Source: Nitrospirota bacterium (lineage in GTDB: Bacteria; Nitrospirota; Nitrospiria; Nitrospirales; Nitrospiraceae). Taken from it: 64,000 nt of DNA. The translations under genes and the position numbers were made by a program. Below, in pieces: positions 29,015 to 39,088 of the stretch; positions within the stretch are counted from its first letter, which is position 1, and each line of letters opens with the position of its first letter. The stretch spans positions 96,001 through 160,000 of the forward strand of contig CAVPGK010000016.1 of assembly GCA_963703955.1 (NCBI GenBank). Direction: 5' to 3'. The notes under the pieces were generated by a model, which had not been told where the DNA came from, ran no database searches, and saw nothing but the letters and a program-made list of their open reading frames with translations.

Positions 29015-29551
29015 ATGCTACAAAGATGGTGTAGAGTTCTCGCGTTAATCGGGTTCATAGCAGTCCTGCTTCATTCGACCGCTACCATGCTCAAGGCCGG
29101 GATGGACGAGGCGGGACTGAGCTTAGCCATTGCCAAGGAGGACATGTCCCAGATGCTGGAGGCGGCCGCTCAAGAAAAGCTGAGAGTCTTTTCGGAACAA
29201 ACTGATAAATTTAAAAAGAACATGGATGTCGTTCAATATCAAATCGAGCAGGCTGGCAAGAACCTTCACGAGAAAGACCGCAAGTGGATAGCAGAGACAA
29301 CAAGGGAGAAGGCGCTTGCAAAATACATGAAGGTAGTGGCCGCTATTGCGTCAGTAAAACAGGCTCTAAGTGAAGCCAAATCCCCCTCTTCCGAAACAAG
29401 CAACCTCAAGAGCGAATGGGGCGAATTCTGCGATGCTTTCGACAAGCTATGGGATGACTACCAAAAACGGGGGAAACAGCTCGCGGAAGCCCAGAAAGAG
29501 GCGGAGGAAAGAGTAAAGTTGTTCAAAGAAGATTGCAAAAAGTGCTTCTGA
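29015..29551 (+). CDS. secreted coiled-coil protein
   Basis: AGGAGG RBS, signal peptide, K/E-rich helices, C-terminal CKKC. Confidence 0.75.
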   Translation: MLQRWCRVLALIGFIAVLLHSTATMLKAGMDEAGLSLAIAKEDMSQMLEAAAQEKLRVFSEQTDKFKKNMDVVQYQIEQAGKNLHEKDRKWIAETTREKALAKYMKVVAAIASVKQALSEAKSPSSETSNLKSEWGEFCDAFDKLWDDYQKRGKQLAEAQKEAEERVKLFKEDCKKCF

Positions 29552-29629
29552 GGCATCTGCGAGAAGGGCTGGTTCCCGATTATGTAGGGTATAGAGCTAA
29601 CTTTGCCGCAAACACACGGAGAGATCATC

Positions 29630-30104
29630 ATGAGGATGTACACGATTGCTCTGGGAGTTGCTTTCGACACTTGCCGGGGCTGTTGTACAAGCGGCTCCGG
29701 TATGTTCGACGGCTGAGTTGTTCGCTGGCAACCCTTCATATGAAGAACCGATGGACCGTGCCTCGGACGGCCAGGGTTTGCTGGACAATCCCCCTCTCGC
29801 ATGGCGATCGCTTCTCTTTGTTGATGGCAAGCTCGTCACTCAAGTTGGACAGGAAATCTGGTACACGGATTTAAAGGCAACCAAGCCGGTGATCAAGCGA
29901 CTCACGGGGCGAGAAAACCGTACGGGACAATCGATTAAACCAGGCGCTTGTCAAGATGCCCGCTTCGCAAACATCGCAGGCGTCGCTCTCAAAAGCGATG
30001 GCGCCATCGTTGGTGCCGATCAAACCGGCAACAACGTCTTTTTGATCAAAGACCCATTCGGCGCCAATTGCACAGTCACGTTTTCGGCATCAGGCGTTTC
30101 ATGA
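29630..30104 (+). pseudogene. truncated NHL/beta-propeller-like secreted protein
   Basis: Frameshift in the signal peptide; GACQDARFANIAGVALKSDGAIVGADQ; ends at the DsbA junction. Confidence 0.6.
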
Positions 30105-30363
30105 AGCCCTCCTTGCGGCAAATGACGCTCTATCGAAAGAGCGTGTGCTGCAGATCGCGAGCGAGGTGGGTTTGGATGTCGAGAAACTGGAGAGGGACAT
30201 GGAGAAACCCGAATGGCTTACGATCATCGAACGCAACCGAGCGCTGGCCAGAAACTTGGGCATCACTGGCACCCCGGCGTTTGTCGTGGGCAATGAGCTA
30301 GTGCCCGGCGCAATGAACCTAACGGCGCTCAAGGATCTTGTCCTACGAGGACGAGCGCGATAA
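30088..30363 (+). pseudogene. DsbA-family C-terminal fragment
   Basis: AFHEALL...GLDVEKLERDM...LGITGTPAFVVG; CXXC-bearing N-terminus missing. Confidence 0.8.
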
Positions 30364-30376
30364 TCAAGGTGCGTAC

Positions 30377-33247
30377 ATGGCTAAAACTGAGGCAAAGGAA
30401 GGTAGGCCATCGATGGATCTCCTTTCACGCGTTCTGCAGGTCGTGATCGCGGTCGTGTTCCTGATCATTTCGACTACCGCGGAGGCCCGCGATTGGTTCG
30501 TGCGCGCCGGCGAGACCGGAGGTGACGGCTCGCAGGAGAAGCCCTTCACCGATCCCTGGCAGGCGCTGGACAAGCTCGAGGCTGGTGACAAAGTACACGT
30601 CACTGAGGGGAAGTACTACGGGAAAGTCGACGCTGGATACTGGGTAATCCCTTTTCCGCGCGTGGAGCTATACGGCGGCTATGACCCGACCTTCAAGGAG
30701 CGCAACCCCTGGAAGCGCCCGAGCGAGCTGCTCTGGAAGAAGGGTTCGCAGAACCGGACGGATACCTCCCGGGCGCGGGTCTCCGGCTCGAACAACGACC
30801 ATTCGGGCGCAGTGCTTGACGGGTTCATCATCGACATGAGGGACCTGAACAATTACAGCGGCGGTCCGGACGGAAGTCTCGCTGAGCCGAGACTGCAGCA
30901 GGCGGTGAATCTAGAGCATCCCGGATCGGTGATCCGTAACTGCGTGATTGCCAATTCCCCCCTGACTGGAGTCCGTATCCGCCAGGGCGTCACGGTCGAG
31001 AATAATGTCATCATCAACTCTGTAGACCTGGCGATCGACGCCACCGGCGGGAATACGCTCAGCGGGAACAAAAACACCGATCCTACGGTGATCCGCAGCA
31101 ACACGATTCTGGGAACCTGGGTGTCGGGATCCCCGGCCGGTAAGGGTGGTGCAGGGGGGATCGGGATTAAGATCGACAAAAGCACGGTGATTGAGGGGAA
31201 CATCATCGCGTTCACCGCCAATCACGGGATCTGGCTGGGTAACATCCCGCTCTCAGGCATCACGCTCAAGGGAAACGTCTTCCATCGGAACCTATTCTCC
31301 AACGTGAAGTTCTATCTGGACGGGAAGGACTCCGCAATCGATGACTCCGACATGGATTCGCTCGGGGAGCTGGGATTTCTCGTTCAGGAAGGCAACACCG
31401 TCGCAGAGCCCGAGTTCTCGTTTGACGCGGGATGGCTCGACCGCTTCACACTGCATGCGTTTGCGCATGGGAAGGTACTCAAGGCTGAGGATTGGAATGC
31501 CACCCGCAAGGCAGCTGGGCTGGCCCCGCTGACGGCAAGTGGCGACACGTTCGCACCCGCCTACGACGTGAAAAAGGTGTCTGGCCTGCTTGCTCCGAGC
31601 AACGCGGCGGTGAAAGCGGGGGCGCGTGTGTGGGAACTTGACGTCAAGCCCTTCATAGCTGCGGTGGCAGCGGGGCCTGCAAAGACCTACCAGAAGATGG
31701 ACATCGCAACCTGGGCGAAGAAGCCCGAATCAGTAGACGGGAAACTCTTGGAAATGGTTGTCTCGCTGCAAGGGGTCACTGGCGCCACCGGCCTGCCCGA
31801 GGTTTCTCCGGATACCCACGGCGCGAAGTTCCTCGAGGGCCGGGTGGGAGGCGGCGACCGCATCGTTGGCATCTACAAGAAGGGAACGAACGCAGAGCGC
31901 GTGTTTGAGGCTGCAAAAACATTTGGCAATTTCGTCGGAGAGGCCATGGAACTCTATGTCGTCCGTGGGACAGCGCGGGCCTCAACCGGAACCCCCAAAG
32001 CCAGGTTCATCGTTGACTCGATCGAGCCGTATGAGGTTGCCACCACCTCCGCGGCGCGTCCGGTCGGCCGCGACTGGTACGTGCGGGCGGAGGAGAAGGG
32101 CGGCGATGGTTCCAAGGAAAAGCCTTTCCGCGATCCTTACCAGGCGCTCGAAGTAGCTGGGGCCGGTGATGTCATTCATATCACCGAAGGAGAGTACGGC
32201 GGAAAGCTCAAGAACGGCAAGTGGGTGATTACCAAGTCCTTCCTCGCGCTTCTCGGTGGCTATGACCACGACTTCAAGGCGCGGGATCCGTGGGAGCGAC
32301 CATCGCTGCTCCAGTGGCCTGCCGACTCTAAGACTAAAGGGCAAGGCTATCTCCTTGAGGGGAGGGGGGACCATACCGGCCTGATCATAGACGGCCTGGT
32401 CTTTGACCACAAGACGCTCAATGTATATCGAGAAGACGGTAGCCTCGACCCGGATCGGTCCGACAAGGGCGAGCAGGTCTGGGTGTTCTCCCCGGGCGTC
32501 GTGATCCGGAACTGTGTCTTCGTGAACGGCGTGGAGGGTTCCCTGCGGATGTCCCCCAGCCAGACGATCGAGAACAACATCTTCGTGAACATGACCGTGA
32601 AGGCCATCTCCGTGCAAGGCAGCGGCACGGCGTCGGCGGCTCCCACCATCATCCGCAGCAACAGCTTCCTGATGGTCTGGAACCGACGGTACGGCGATCG
32701 CGCCTCCTCTACAGGCAACGGGCTCTACCTGGAGACCGACGGGCTCAAAGCGGAAATCGAGGGAAACCTGTTCCAGTTCATCGACAACAACGCCATTTAC
32801 TCCAATGCCGGGGAAAAGAACCTGATGTTGATGGGGAACGTATTCTCCTTCAACGGCTGGTCCAACTACCGGGAGCCACACAAGATGTTCGATGATGGGA
32901 ACCTGGCGCAGCTGGCGGATGTTGGCTTCAAGAAGGCGTTCGGCAACGTGGTGGCGAATCCGAACATCCCATACGACGCGGCCTCGTTCGATGCGTACTA
33001 TCTGCGTGCGTCGGGGGCGGAAGGGTCAAAGCTCAAACCCGACCAATGGGCGGCTCTGCGCAAGGAGGGTGGATTCCCTGCACCTGCGGCGGACACCAAA
33101 GTCCGATTCGCCCCGGCGGTTGACTACAAGCAGGCGGCGAAGCTTTTCCCGCGCAATCGAGAGGTGAAGGCCGGAGCAGGCAAGAAGTTGCTCGATTCGA
33201 AGGTGGGTGGCGATTCTGATCAGGGGACACAGACCGTGTTGCCGTGA
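30377..33247 (+). CDS. large secreted protein with two right-handed beta-helix modules (DUF1565-like)
   Basis: Duplicated RDWFVRA..GDGSQEKPF / RDWYVRA..GDGSKEKPF; VIRNC and IENN repeats. Confidence 0.85.
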   Translation: MAKTEAKEGRPSMDLLSRVLQVVIAVVFLIISTTAEARDWFVRAGETGGDGSQEKPFTDPWQALDKLEAGDKVHVTEGKYYGKVDAGYWVIPFPRVELYGGYDPTFKERNPWKRPSELLWKKGSQNRTDTSRARVSGSNNDHSGAVLDGFIIDMRDLNNYSGGPDGSLAEPRLQQAVNLEHPGSVIRNCVIANSPLTGVRIRQGVTVENNVIINSVDLAIDATGGNTLSGNKNTDPTVIRSNTILGTWVSGSPAGKGGAGGIGIKIDKSTVIEGNIIAFTANHGIWLGNIPLSGITLKGNVFHRNLFSNVKFYLDGKDSAIDDSDMDSLGELGFLVQEGNTVAEPEFSFDAGWLDRFTLHAFAHGKVLKAEDWNATRKAAGLAPLTASGDTFAPAYDVKKVSGLLAPSNAAVKAGARVWELDVKPFIAAVAAGPAKTYQKMDIATWAKKPESVDGKLLEMVVSLQGVTGATGLPEVSPDTHGAKFLEGRVGGGDRIVGIYKKGTNAERVFEAAKTFGNFVGEAMELYVVRGTARASTGTPKARFIVDSIEPYEVATTSAARPVGRDWYVRAEEKGGDGSKEKPFRDPYQALEVAGAGDVIHITEGEYGGKLKNGKWVITKSFLALLGGYDHDFKARDPWERPSLLQWPADSKTKGQGYLLEGRGDHTGLIIDGLVFDHKTLNVYREDGSLDPDRSDKGEQVWVFSPGVVIRNCVFVNGVEGSLRMSPSQTIENNIFVNMTVKAISVQGSGTASAAPTIIRSNSFLMVWNRRYGDRASSTGNGLYLETDGLKAEIEGNLFQFIDNNAIYSNAGEKNLMLMGNVFSFNGWSNYREPHKMFDDGNLAQLADVGFKKAFGNVVANPNIPYDAASFDAYYLRASGAEGSKLKPDQWAALRKEGGFPAPAADTKVRFAPAVDYKQAAKLFPRNREVKAGAGKKLLDSKVGGDSDQGTQTVLP

Positions 33248-33446
33248 CATGCCGTCCGGAATTTGATCTCGAATCACGCACGGGACTGGAGGGAGTATGA
33301 ACAACTGAGTGGCCTGATTCAGTTCCAGAAGAGCCTCTGCAAAAGTTTCCGACTAATTGGTAGGTGGAGCCTGCAGGAAGACATCGAAGATCGGCAGTCT
33401 ATTTCCATCACCATGAAGCTCGTTGCTGGCGCCTCATCCCCTGTCT

Positions 33447-33809
33447 CTATGCTGGGACCTTATCCCGATACGGCTTCCTGGCCAACCTGGCGCTGACCTT
33501 ACCGTATCGCTGCCCACGGGGCGCTCGGCGTACCGTCACTTCCACATCTTGACCCAGCACGGAAAGGAAATGCACCAGACGTTCGACCGAGAACCCCGCC
33601 ATTTGCCCGGCGAGCAGCTTGGATACCTTGGCCTGGTCGATTCCGAGGCGAGCTGCTGTCTCCACCTGCTTCCAAGCTCGATCCCTGATAGTTTCCTGAA
33701 GCGCCTGCAGCAAACTGCTTTTCAGAATCAGTTGGGCAGACCTTCCTTCCGAAAACCCGAGGTCTCGAAATACATTCCCACTCCCTTTGAATACGGTGGC
33801 GCGTTTCAT
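33447..33809 (-). CDS. XRE-family antitoxin
   Basis: GSGNVFRDLGF, HTH, FSVERLVHFL; ATGA overlap with the toxin gene. Confidence 0.88.
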   Translation of the reverse strand: MKRATVFKGSGNVFRDLGFSEGRSAQLILKSSLLQALQETIRDRAWKQVETAARLGIDQAKVSKLLAGQMAGFSVERLVHFLSVLGQDVEVTVRRAPRGQRYGKVSARLARKPYRDKVPA

Positions 33810-34144
33810 AAGCCTGCCTCCCTTCTCCACTTGAGCAGATCGGCGTATCGGGTTTTCCCTAGTTCCAGATCAGCTCTCGCCGTTTTCTGTGAACGCTTCT
33901 GAAACACATGGAGCACATACACAGCTTCTTCGAACTTGGCCACATAGAATACTCGATAAGGTCCGCTTTGATCCCGAACCCGGATTTCCTGGATTCCAGA
34001 CCCGATTGTCGGGATCGGCTTCCAATCATCCGGCTCTTTTCCTTGCTGAACCTTGAATAACTGAAACCCTGCCGCTTCACGAGCGTCCTCCGGGAGCTGT
34101 CGAAGTTCCTCCCGCGATGGTCCGACAAAATGCACCGGCTTCAT
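33806..34144 (-). CDS. RelE/ParE-like (Gp49-type) toxin
   Basis: PDDWKP..IGSGIQEIRV, YRVFYVAKFEEAVYVLHVFQK. Confidence 0.9.
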   Translation of the reverse strand: MKPVHFVGPSREELRQLPEDAREAAGFQLFKVQQGKEPDDWKPIPTIGSGIQEIRVRDQSGPYRVFYVAKFEEAVYVLHVFQKRSQKTARADLELGKTRYADLLKWRREAGL

Positions 34145-34188
34145 TTGTTACCTTAAGTGCGCTATCATGAGATCACGTGAGGTTGGCC

Positions 34189-34439
34189 ATGGATGAGCAA
34201 CTCCTTCTCAAACGCATTACGGTGAACCCAAAGATTTTCGGTGGGAAGCCGATCATTCGGGGTCGTCGCCTGGCCGTCGAGCACGTGCTTGGCATGCTTG
34301 CTGCCGGTGACACGCCTGACACGATCCTTCGTGGCTCTCGGTGGCTGGAGCGGGAGATATCCAAGCCTGCCTCGCCTATGCGCATCGGCTCGTCGGCCAT
34401 GAGCGGATCGAGCCTCTGCCTCTCGAATCCGCCTCGTGA
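34189..34439 (+). pseudogene. DUF433 antitoxin, frameshifted
   Basis: RITVNPKIFGGKPIIRGRRLAV, then DIQACLAYA in another frame. Confidence 0.85.
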
Positions 34440-34802
34440 AACTTCTGCTTGATACCTGCGTCTGGGGCGGCACGATCGAGGCGCTCGAAGCGCCGGACAT
34501 GATGTCATCTGGGGAGGAGCGTGGGATGTTGATCCAGGAGATGACGAAATTCTTGCCCGCGCTGCACCGAGAGGGCGTGTTCTCGTGACCCTCGATAAAG
34601 ACTTCGGGGAACTCGCGATCGTCCGTGGTCAACCGCATGGGGGAATCGTTCGCCTAGTCAGTTGGTGGCCCTCCGGCAAGCTTCGATCTGTTTGACCCTG
34701 CTCACTCGCTATGGCGCTGAGCTTCAGACCGGCGCAATCGTGACGGCCGAACCTAGCCGCGTTCGCATTCGTCCAGCCAATGCCGCTCCTGAACCTCCAT
34801 GA
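34436..34802 (+). pseudogene. DUF5615 PIN-like toxin, several frameshifts
   Basis: MKLLLDTC, GHDVIW, DPGDDEILA, RVLVTLDKDFGEL spread across frames. Confidence 0.8.
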
Positions 34803-34930
34803 CGAACATTCACACCAAATCGCTGAAAAAGCCCTGGGAGGACTGCAACGGCCCCCGCGACGACGGGATGAGCTGCCGCGACTACATCGAGCAGTTGACG
34901 TATTTGCTCTTTCTCAAGATGGCCGCTGCG
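34799..34930 (+). pseudogene. hsdM: type I methyltransferase M N-terminal stub
   Basis: RDDGMSCRDYIEQLTYLLFLKMA. Confidence 0.75.
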
Positions 34931-35002
34931 TTGTACAGACGGACTTCAACGTTGACCGATGCCTTGCCCGCCTGTATCAATTTGTCATACAGTCAGATGC
35001 GT

Positions 35003-35248
35003 ATGAAGCGCGGACGTGTCCCAGTCACTGTCTCGGTCTCTGCTGAGTTGGCAGCCAAGTTCGAGAAGCTGGCCAAAGCCGAGGCGAAGAATAAAAGCCA
35101 GCTCTTCCGTGAGATGGTTTCCGTCTATGAGCAGCGTCGGAGGGAGGAGGAGTTTCTCGCGCTTCAGCGCTACGGTGCTAAACAGGCCCGCAAGAAAGGG
35201 ATGCTGACGGAAGCCGATGTCGAAGCCCTGGTCTTCCAGGACCGCTGA
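35003..35248 (+). CDS. CopG/RHH antitoxin
   Basis: VTVSVSAELAAKFEKLAKAEAKNKSQLFRE. Confidence 0.85.
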   Translation: MKRGRVPVTVSVSAELAAKFEKLAKAEAKNKSQLFREMVSVYEQRRREEEFLALQRYGAKQARKKGMLTEADVEALVFQDR

Positions 35249-35250
35249 CC

Positions 35251-35518
35251 GTGCGGGTTGTCTTCGACACGAACATTTACATTTCGGCCTTTGCGATTCC
35301 GGGCGGCCAGGCGGAAGAAGCCTACCTACAGGCTCATTTCTCGTCTCCGTGTGATAGAAGGAACCGACAACTGCATCCTCGAGTGCGCGATCCATGCCCA
35401 TGCGGACGTCATCGTCACAGGTGATCAGCATCTGCTGACCCTCAAGCACTATGAGGGTGTGAAAATGATCCACTTGGCCGACTTCCTGGAACTTGTTGCT
35501 GGTTCAGAGAGGACCTGA
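35251..35518 (+). pseudogene. PIN-family toxin with internal deletion
   Basis: VRVVFDTNIYISA, then DNCILECA...VIVTGDQHLL in another frame. Confidence 0.8.
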
Positions 35519-35663
35519 TCAGTCTGCAAGGGTTCATTCCTTGTCCACACAGGCCTTGTGGCGGGAGATGGTGGAGGTCTCCGCTTAGTTCCGGACGCTG
35601 CAGAGTGCAACAGATCACGATCGAGGAGCGCTACCACCGCGCCGCTGTGAGCATGGCGCGTCA

Positions 35664-35984
35664 TCAGGCCGATACGAGCGCTGCCCTGTGCTGCTTGATG
35701 TGCTTCCTGACCTTACCCGGCAGAGCCCTTTCGGCAAGGCGCAGCTCGTACGTCTTCTGCAGGTTCATCCAGAATTCAGGTGTGGTGTTGAAAAACGCCG
35801 CCAAACGCACCGCTGTATCGCCCGTGATGCCGCGCTGCCCTTTGATAATCGCCGTGATCCGATTCGCCGGAACTTCGATGGCCTTGGCGAGCATATTGGC
35901 GTTGATCGGCGGGGCTGACGGCTTCATGAACTCCTCTAAAAGGATTTCTCCGGGATGGACCGGCCGCATTCCGTTCTTGATCAT
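35664..35984 (-). CDS. higA: HigA antitoxin
   Basis: PVHPGEILLEEF, TPEFWMNLQ. Confidence 0.92.
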   Translation of the reverse strand: MIKNGMRPVHPGEILLEEFMKPSAPPINANMLAKAIEVPANRITAIIKGQRGITGDTAVRLAAFFNTTPEFWMNLQKTYELRLAERALPGKVRKHIKQHRAALVSA

Positions 35985-35997
35985 GGCGTTCTCTCCT

Positions 35998-36276
35998 TCA
36001 GTGGTAATCTGTGATTTCGACCTCATAGGGTCCGTCAGCCTTCCATACAAAACAAATCCGCCACTGTTCGTTGATCCTGATGCTGTGCTGTCCGGCTCGA
36101 TCCCCCTTTAGCCTTTCCAGCCGGTTTCCAGGCGGGGAAAGCAGGTCCTTGAGGTCCGAAGCGCTATCGAGCATCGTCAGTTTCCGTTCAGCTGCTTTCC
36201 TGAAGCCGGAAAACTCCTTCACCACCTCTCCTAAAAAGAAACTCTCCGTGTTCTTGCCCTTAAAACCTCTTATCAT
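35998..36276 (-). CDS. higB: HigB toxin
   Basis: PPGNRLERLKGDRAGQHSIRINEQWRICF...DYH; TTACG-N5-CGTAA palindrome upstream at 36294-36308. Confidence 0.93.
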   Translation of the reverse strand: MIRGFKGKNTESFFLGEVVKEFSGFRKAAERKLTMLDSASDLKDLLSPPGNRLERLKGDRAGQHSIRINEQWRICFVWKADGPYEVEITDYH

Positions 36277-36766
36277 GGTCAGGATACCATGTTTTACGCC
36301 TTACGTAACCAGTACAATTATAGCCCATCTATTCCTCATGTGAAATGACAAAATACGTTTTCCCTCTGTCAGTGGAAGACTGTGGCGTGAGCGGAAGGTA
36401 CTTGCGGAATGGCATTACGCGCAGGAATGCGCGACTAACTGCACAGGAACTGGTTCGATAAAGGTCGCGCAGCGTTGCAGGAAGCGATCGAGCTTCGTTA
36501 CTCCTTGATCAAGTGGTAGCGTAGCCGATCTGAAAGGGGCGGCTGATTGATTTTCCATGATACAAAATATCACTTTCTACATCGTCTATTTCTTATAAGT
36601 CATTGCCAATACTTATATGTCTCAATCCATAAAAAGGCTGCTTCTCGGTAGCGAACCACCAAGAAGTGCTGAGTTGTGAGTGCTGAGCATGAAGCTCCGC
36701 GGACTCAAGAAGTAGACCCGACAGGTCCAGCCAAAACTTTCAATTCACAACTTCTTTGCGAACTAT

Positions 36767-37583
36767 CATCTGTCGCCCAATCCGTTTCGGGACAGGGTGC
36801 TGAAGTAAAACGCGGCGATCGCGGCTGAGGCGGCCACATTCAGCGAGTCGATGTGTTGGCTCACGGGAATGTGAAATCGGAGGTACGCCTCCTTGAGCGT
36901 CGTGGTCCGACAACCCACGGCTCTCGTTCCCTAGTGCAATGACTGCGCGAGAGGGGAGACGCGTGATGTCGCGAATCGGTCGACTGGTGTTCCCCGGCGG
37001 TTCGGAAGCCAAGATTGTGCATCGGCGCTTTCTGAATTCGGACACACCTCGCACGGAAAAGACCGGAAGTCGGAGCAGTGCGCCGGCGGTCGCGCGCACG
37101 ACTTTCGGGTTGAAGACGTCGGCGGAATCAGTCGATAGCCACAAGGCATCCATGCCGAACGCCACCGCCGTTCGTATGATCGCGCCCACATTCGCCGGGT
37201 CCTGCAGGCACTCACCATAGAACCCGAGCACCCGTGGTCGTTTGAATACCGTTTCCTGATCCCATACCGGCTGCTGCACGACGGCCAGGATACCGGGTGA
37301 GGTCGTCAGGTCCGAGAGTTGGTTGAAGATCATGTCCTTGCAGACATAGACGGGAGCGGCGCTTCGCTCCAACATCTGCCGGACTGCCGGGCTGGTTTTT
37401 TCGAGAAACGTCGTCTTGACGACAACCGCTAAGATCGCCGACGCATGGGAATCCAGCGAGGTCGTGGATCAGCTTCACCCCTTCCATCAGGAACACTCGT
37501 TCAACATCACGCGCTTTTTTCTGCCTGGATAACTCGCGGATCAAGGTTGCCTTGGCGGCTGGAAGGGGTGCTATTGTCCGCAT
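36767..37583 (-). pseudogene. TrmH/SpoU RNA methyltransferase with two +1 frameshifts (near 37460 and 36905)
   Basis: FLMEG, LQDPANVGAIIRTA, LGNESRGLS, IDSLNVAASAAI across three frames. Confidence 0.85.
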
Positions 37584-37783
37584 GGTTCGCCTTTCGTAAC
37601 GCTTTTCTATCCGGATCGTCTCTCCCCGTCAAGGACGCCGCGATTTGGTAGACCATGCCGGCCTTTCGTCTTAGTGCTCGTTGCGCGAATCACTCAGGGA
37701 TTCCCAGTCTTTCCCATCGCTCTTGACGGGTTTCGCAACACAGGGTTATGGTTATGCTGCCCAGGGACCACACAGGAGACCCT

Positions 37784-39088
37784 ATGGAGACGGAAATTCC
37801 GGTTCCGCCCATCGAACCGGCGGCGGAGCCCAAATCAACGAAAGAGTACGTCGAAGACCTCGTGAAAAACGCCAAGCGAGCCGCCGGACGCCTGGCTTCG
37901 TTGTCGACGATCGTCAAGAACCAAGCCCTGGTCGCCATGGCCGACAGCCTGGTCGAAAAATCGGAGGACATTCTAGCGGCCAACCAAATGGATCTTGATG
38001 CGTTCGGGAAGGAAAAGGAGAACGAGGCGAAGACGGATCGCTTGCGGTTGTCGTCGGAACGCATCGACGAGATGGCTGCGAGCATCAGGGAGATCGCCAA
38101 ATTGCCCGATCCGGTCGGTCAGACGGTGAAAATGTGGCATCGTCCTAACGGGATGCAGGTCGGCAGAGTGCGAGTCCCGATCGGCGTCATCGGAATCATC
38201 TATGAATCCCGTCCCAACGTGACCGCCGACTCGGCCGCGCTGTGCGTCAAATCGGGGAATGCGTGTGTGCTCCGAGGCGGGTCGGAAGCGATCCACTCGA
38301 ACACGGCGATCGCGACGATTCTGGCCGCGGCCGCTGAGAAAGCCGGTGTGCCGTCAGGCGCGATTTCTTTTGTTGACCGGACCGAGCGTGAAGCCGCCCA
38401 GGAGTTACTCAAGCAGGATGCCTATGTGGATCTGATCATTCCACGCGGTGGCGAGTCTCTGATGAAAACCGTGACGGAGGGGTCGCGCATCCCGGTCATG
38501 AAACACGACAAGGGCGTCTGCCATATTTTTGTGGATGCCGATGCCGACCCGGCCATGGCGGAACGAATCTGCCTGAACGCAAAGGTGCAGCGACCATCCA
38601 CCTGCAATGCGATGGAGACCTTGCTGGTCCATCAGAGCTGTGCTCGAGTGATTCTGCCCGGTCTGATCAGCCGGCTGACTGAAGCGGGCGTCGAAGTTCG
38701 AGGCTGTCCCAAGACCTGCCAACTCAGCCCTGACGCGAAGCCGGCCGCCGATGAGGATTATGGCACTGAATTCTTATCGTTGATCCTCGCCGTCAAAGTC
38801 GTGAAGAATATGGAGGAGGCGATGGAGCACATGGCTCGGTACGGCTCCCGCCACACCGAATCGATCATTACGAACGACTATGGACGGGCGCTGCGGTTCC
38901 TGCGCGAAGTGGATGCCAGCGCGGTGATGGTCAACGCCTCGACCAGATTGAATGACGGCTATCAGTTCGGGCTCGGCGCCGAAATCGGGATCAGTACCTC
39001 CCGTATCCATGCACGGGGCCCCATGGGTCTCGAAGAGTTGACCTGTTCCAAATTTATCGTCTTCGGGAACGGACAAATCAGAGAGTAG
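37784..39088 (+). CDS. proA: gamma-glutamyl phosphate reductase
   Basis: IYESRPNVT, IIPRGG, CNAMETLL, NASTR, GAEIGIST. Confidence 0.97.
   Translation: METEIPVPPIEPAAEPKSTKEYVEDLVKNAKRAAGRLASLSTIVKNQALVAMADSLVEKSEDILAANQMDLDAFGKEKENEAKTDRLRLSSERIDEMAASIREIAKLPDPVGQTVKMWHRPNGMQVGRVRVPIGVIGIIYESRPNVTADSAALCVKSGNACVLRGGSEAIHSNTAIATILAAAAEKAGVPSGAISFVDRTEREAAQELLKQDAYVDLIIPRGGESLMKTVTEGSRIPVMKHDKGVCHIFVDADADPAMAERICLNAKVQRPSTCNAMETLLVHQSCARVILPGLISRLTEAGVEVRGCPKTCQLSPDAKPAADEDYGTEFLSLILAVKVVKNMEEAMEHMARYGSRHTESIITNDYGRALRFLREVDASAVMVNASTRLNDGYQFGLGAEIGISTSRIHARGPMGLEELTCSKFIVFGNGQIRE

Larger units (their letters stand above)
19133..36661. mobile_element. decaying genomic island at tRNA-Phe
   Basis: Integrase relic follows the tRNA; many pseudogenes and TA pairs; eroded tRNA-like AAAAGGCTG...CACCA at 36632-36661. 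Confidence 0.75.
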
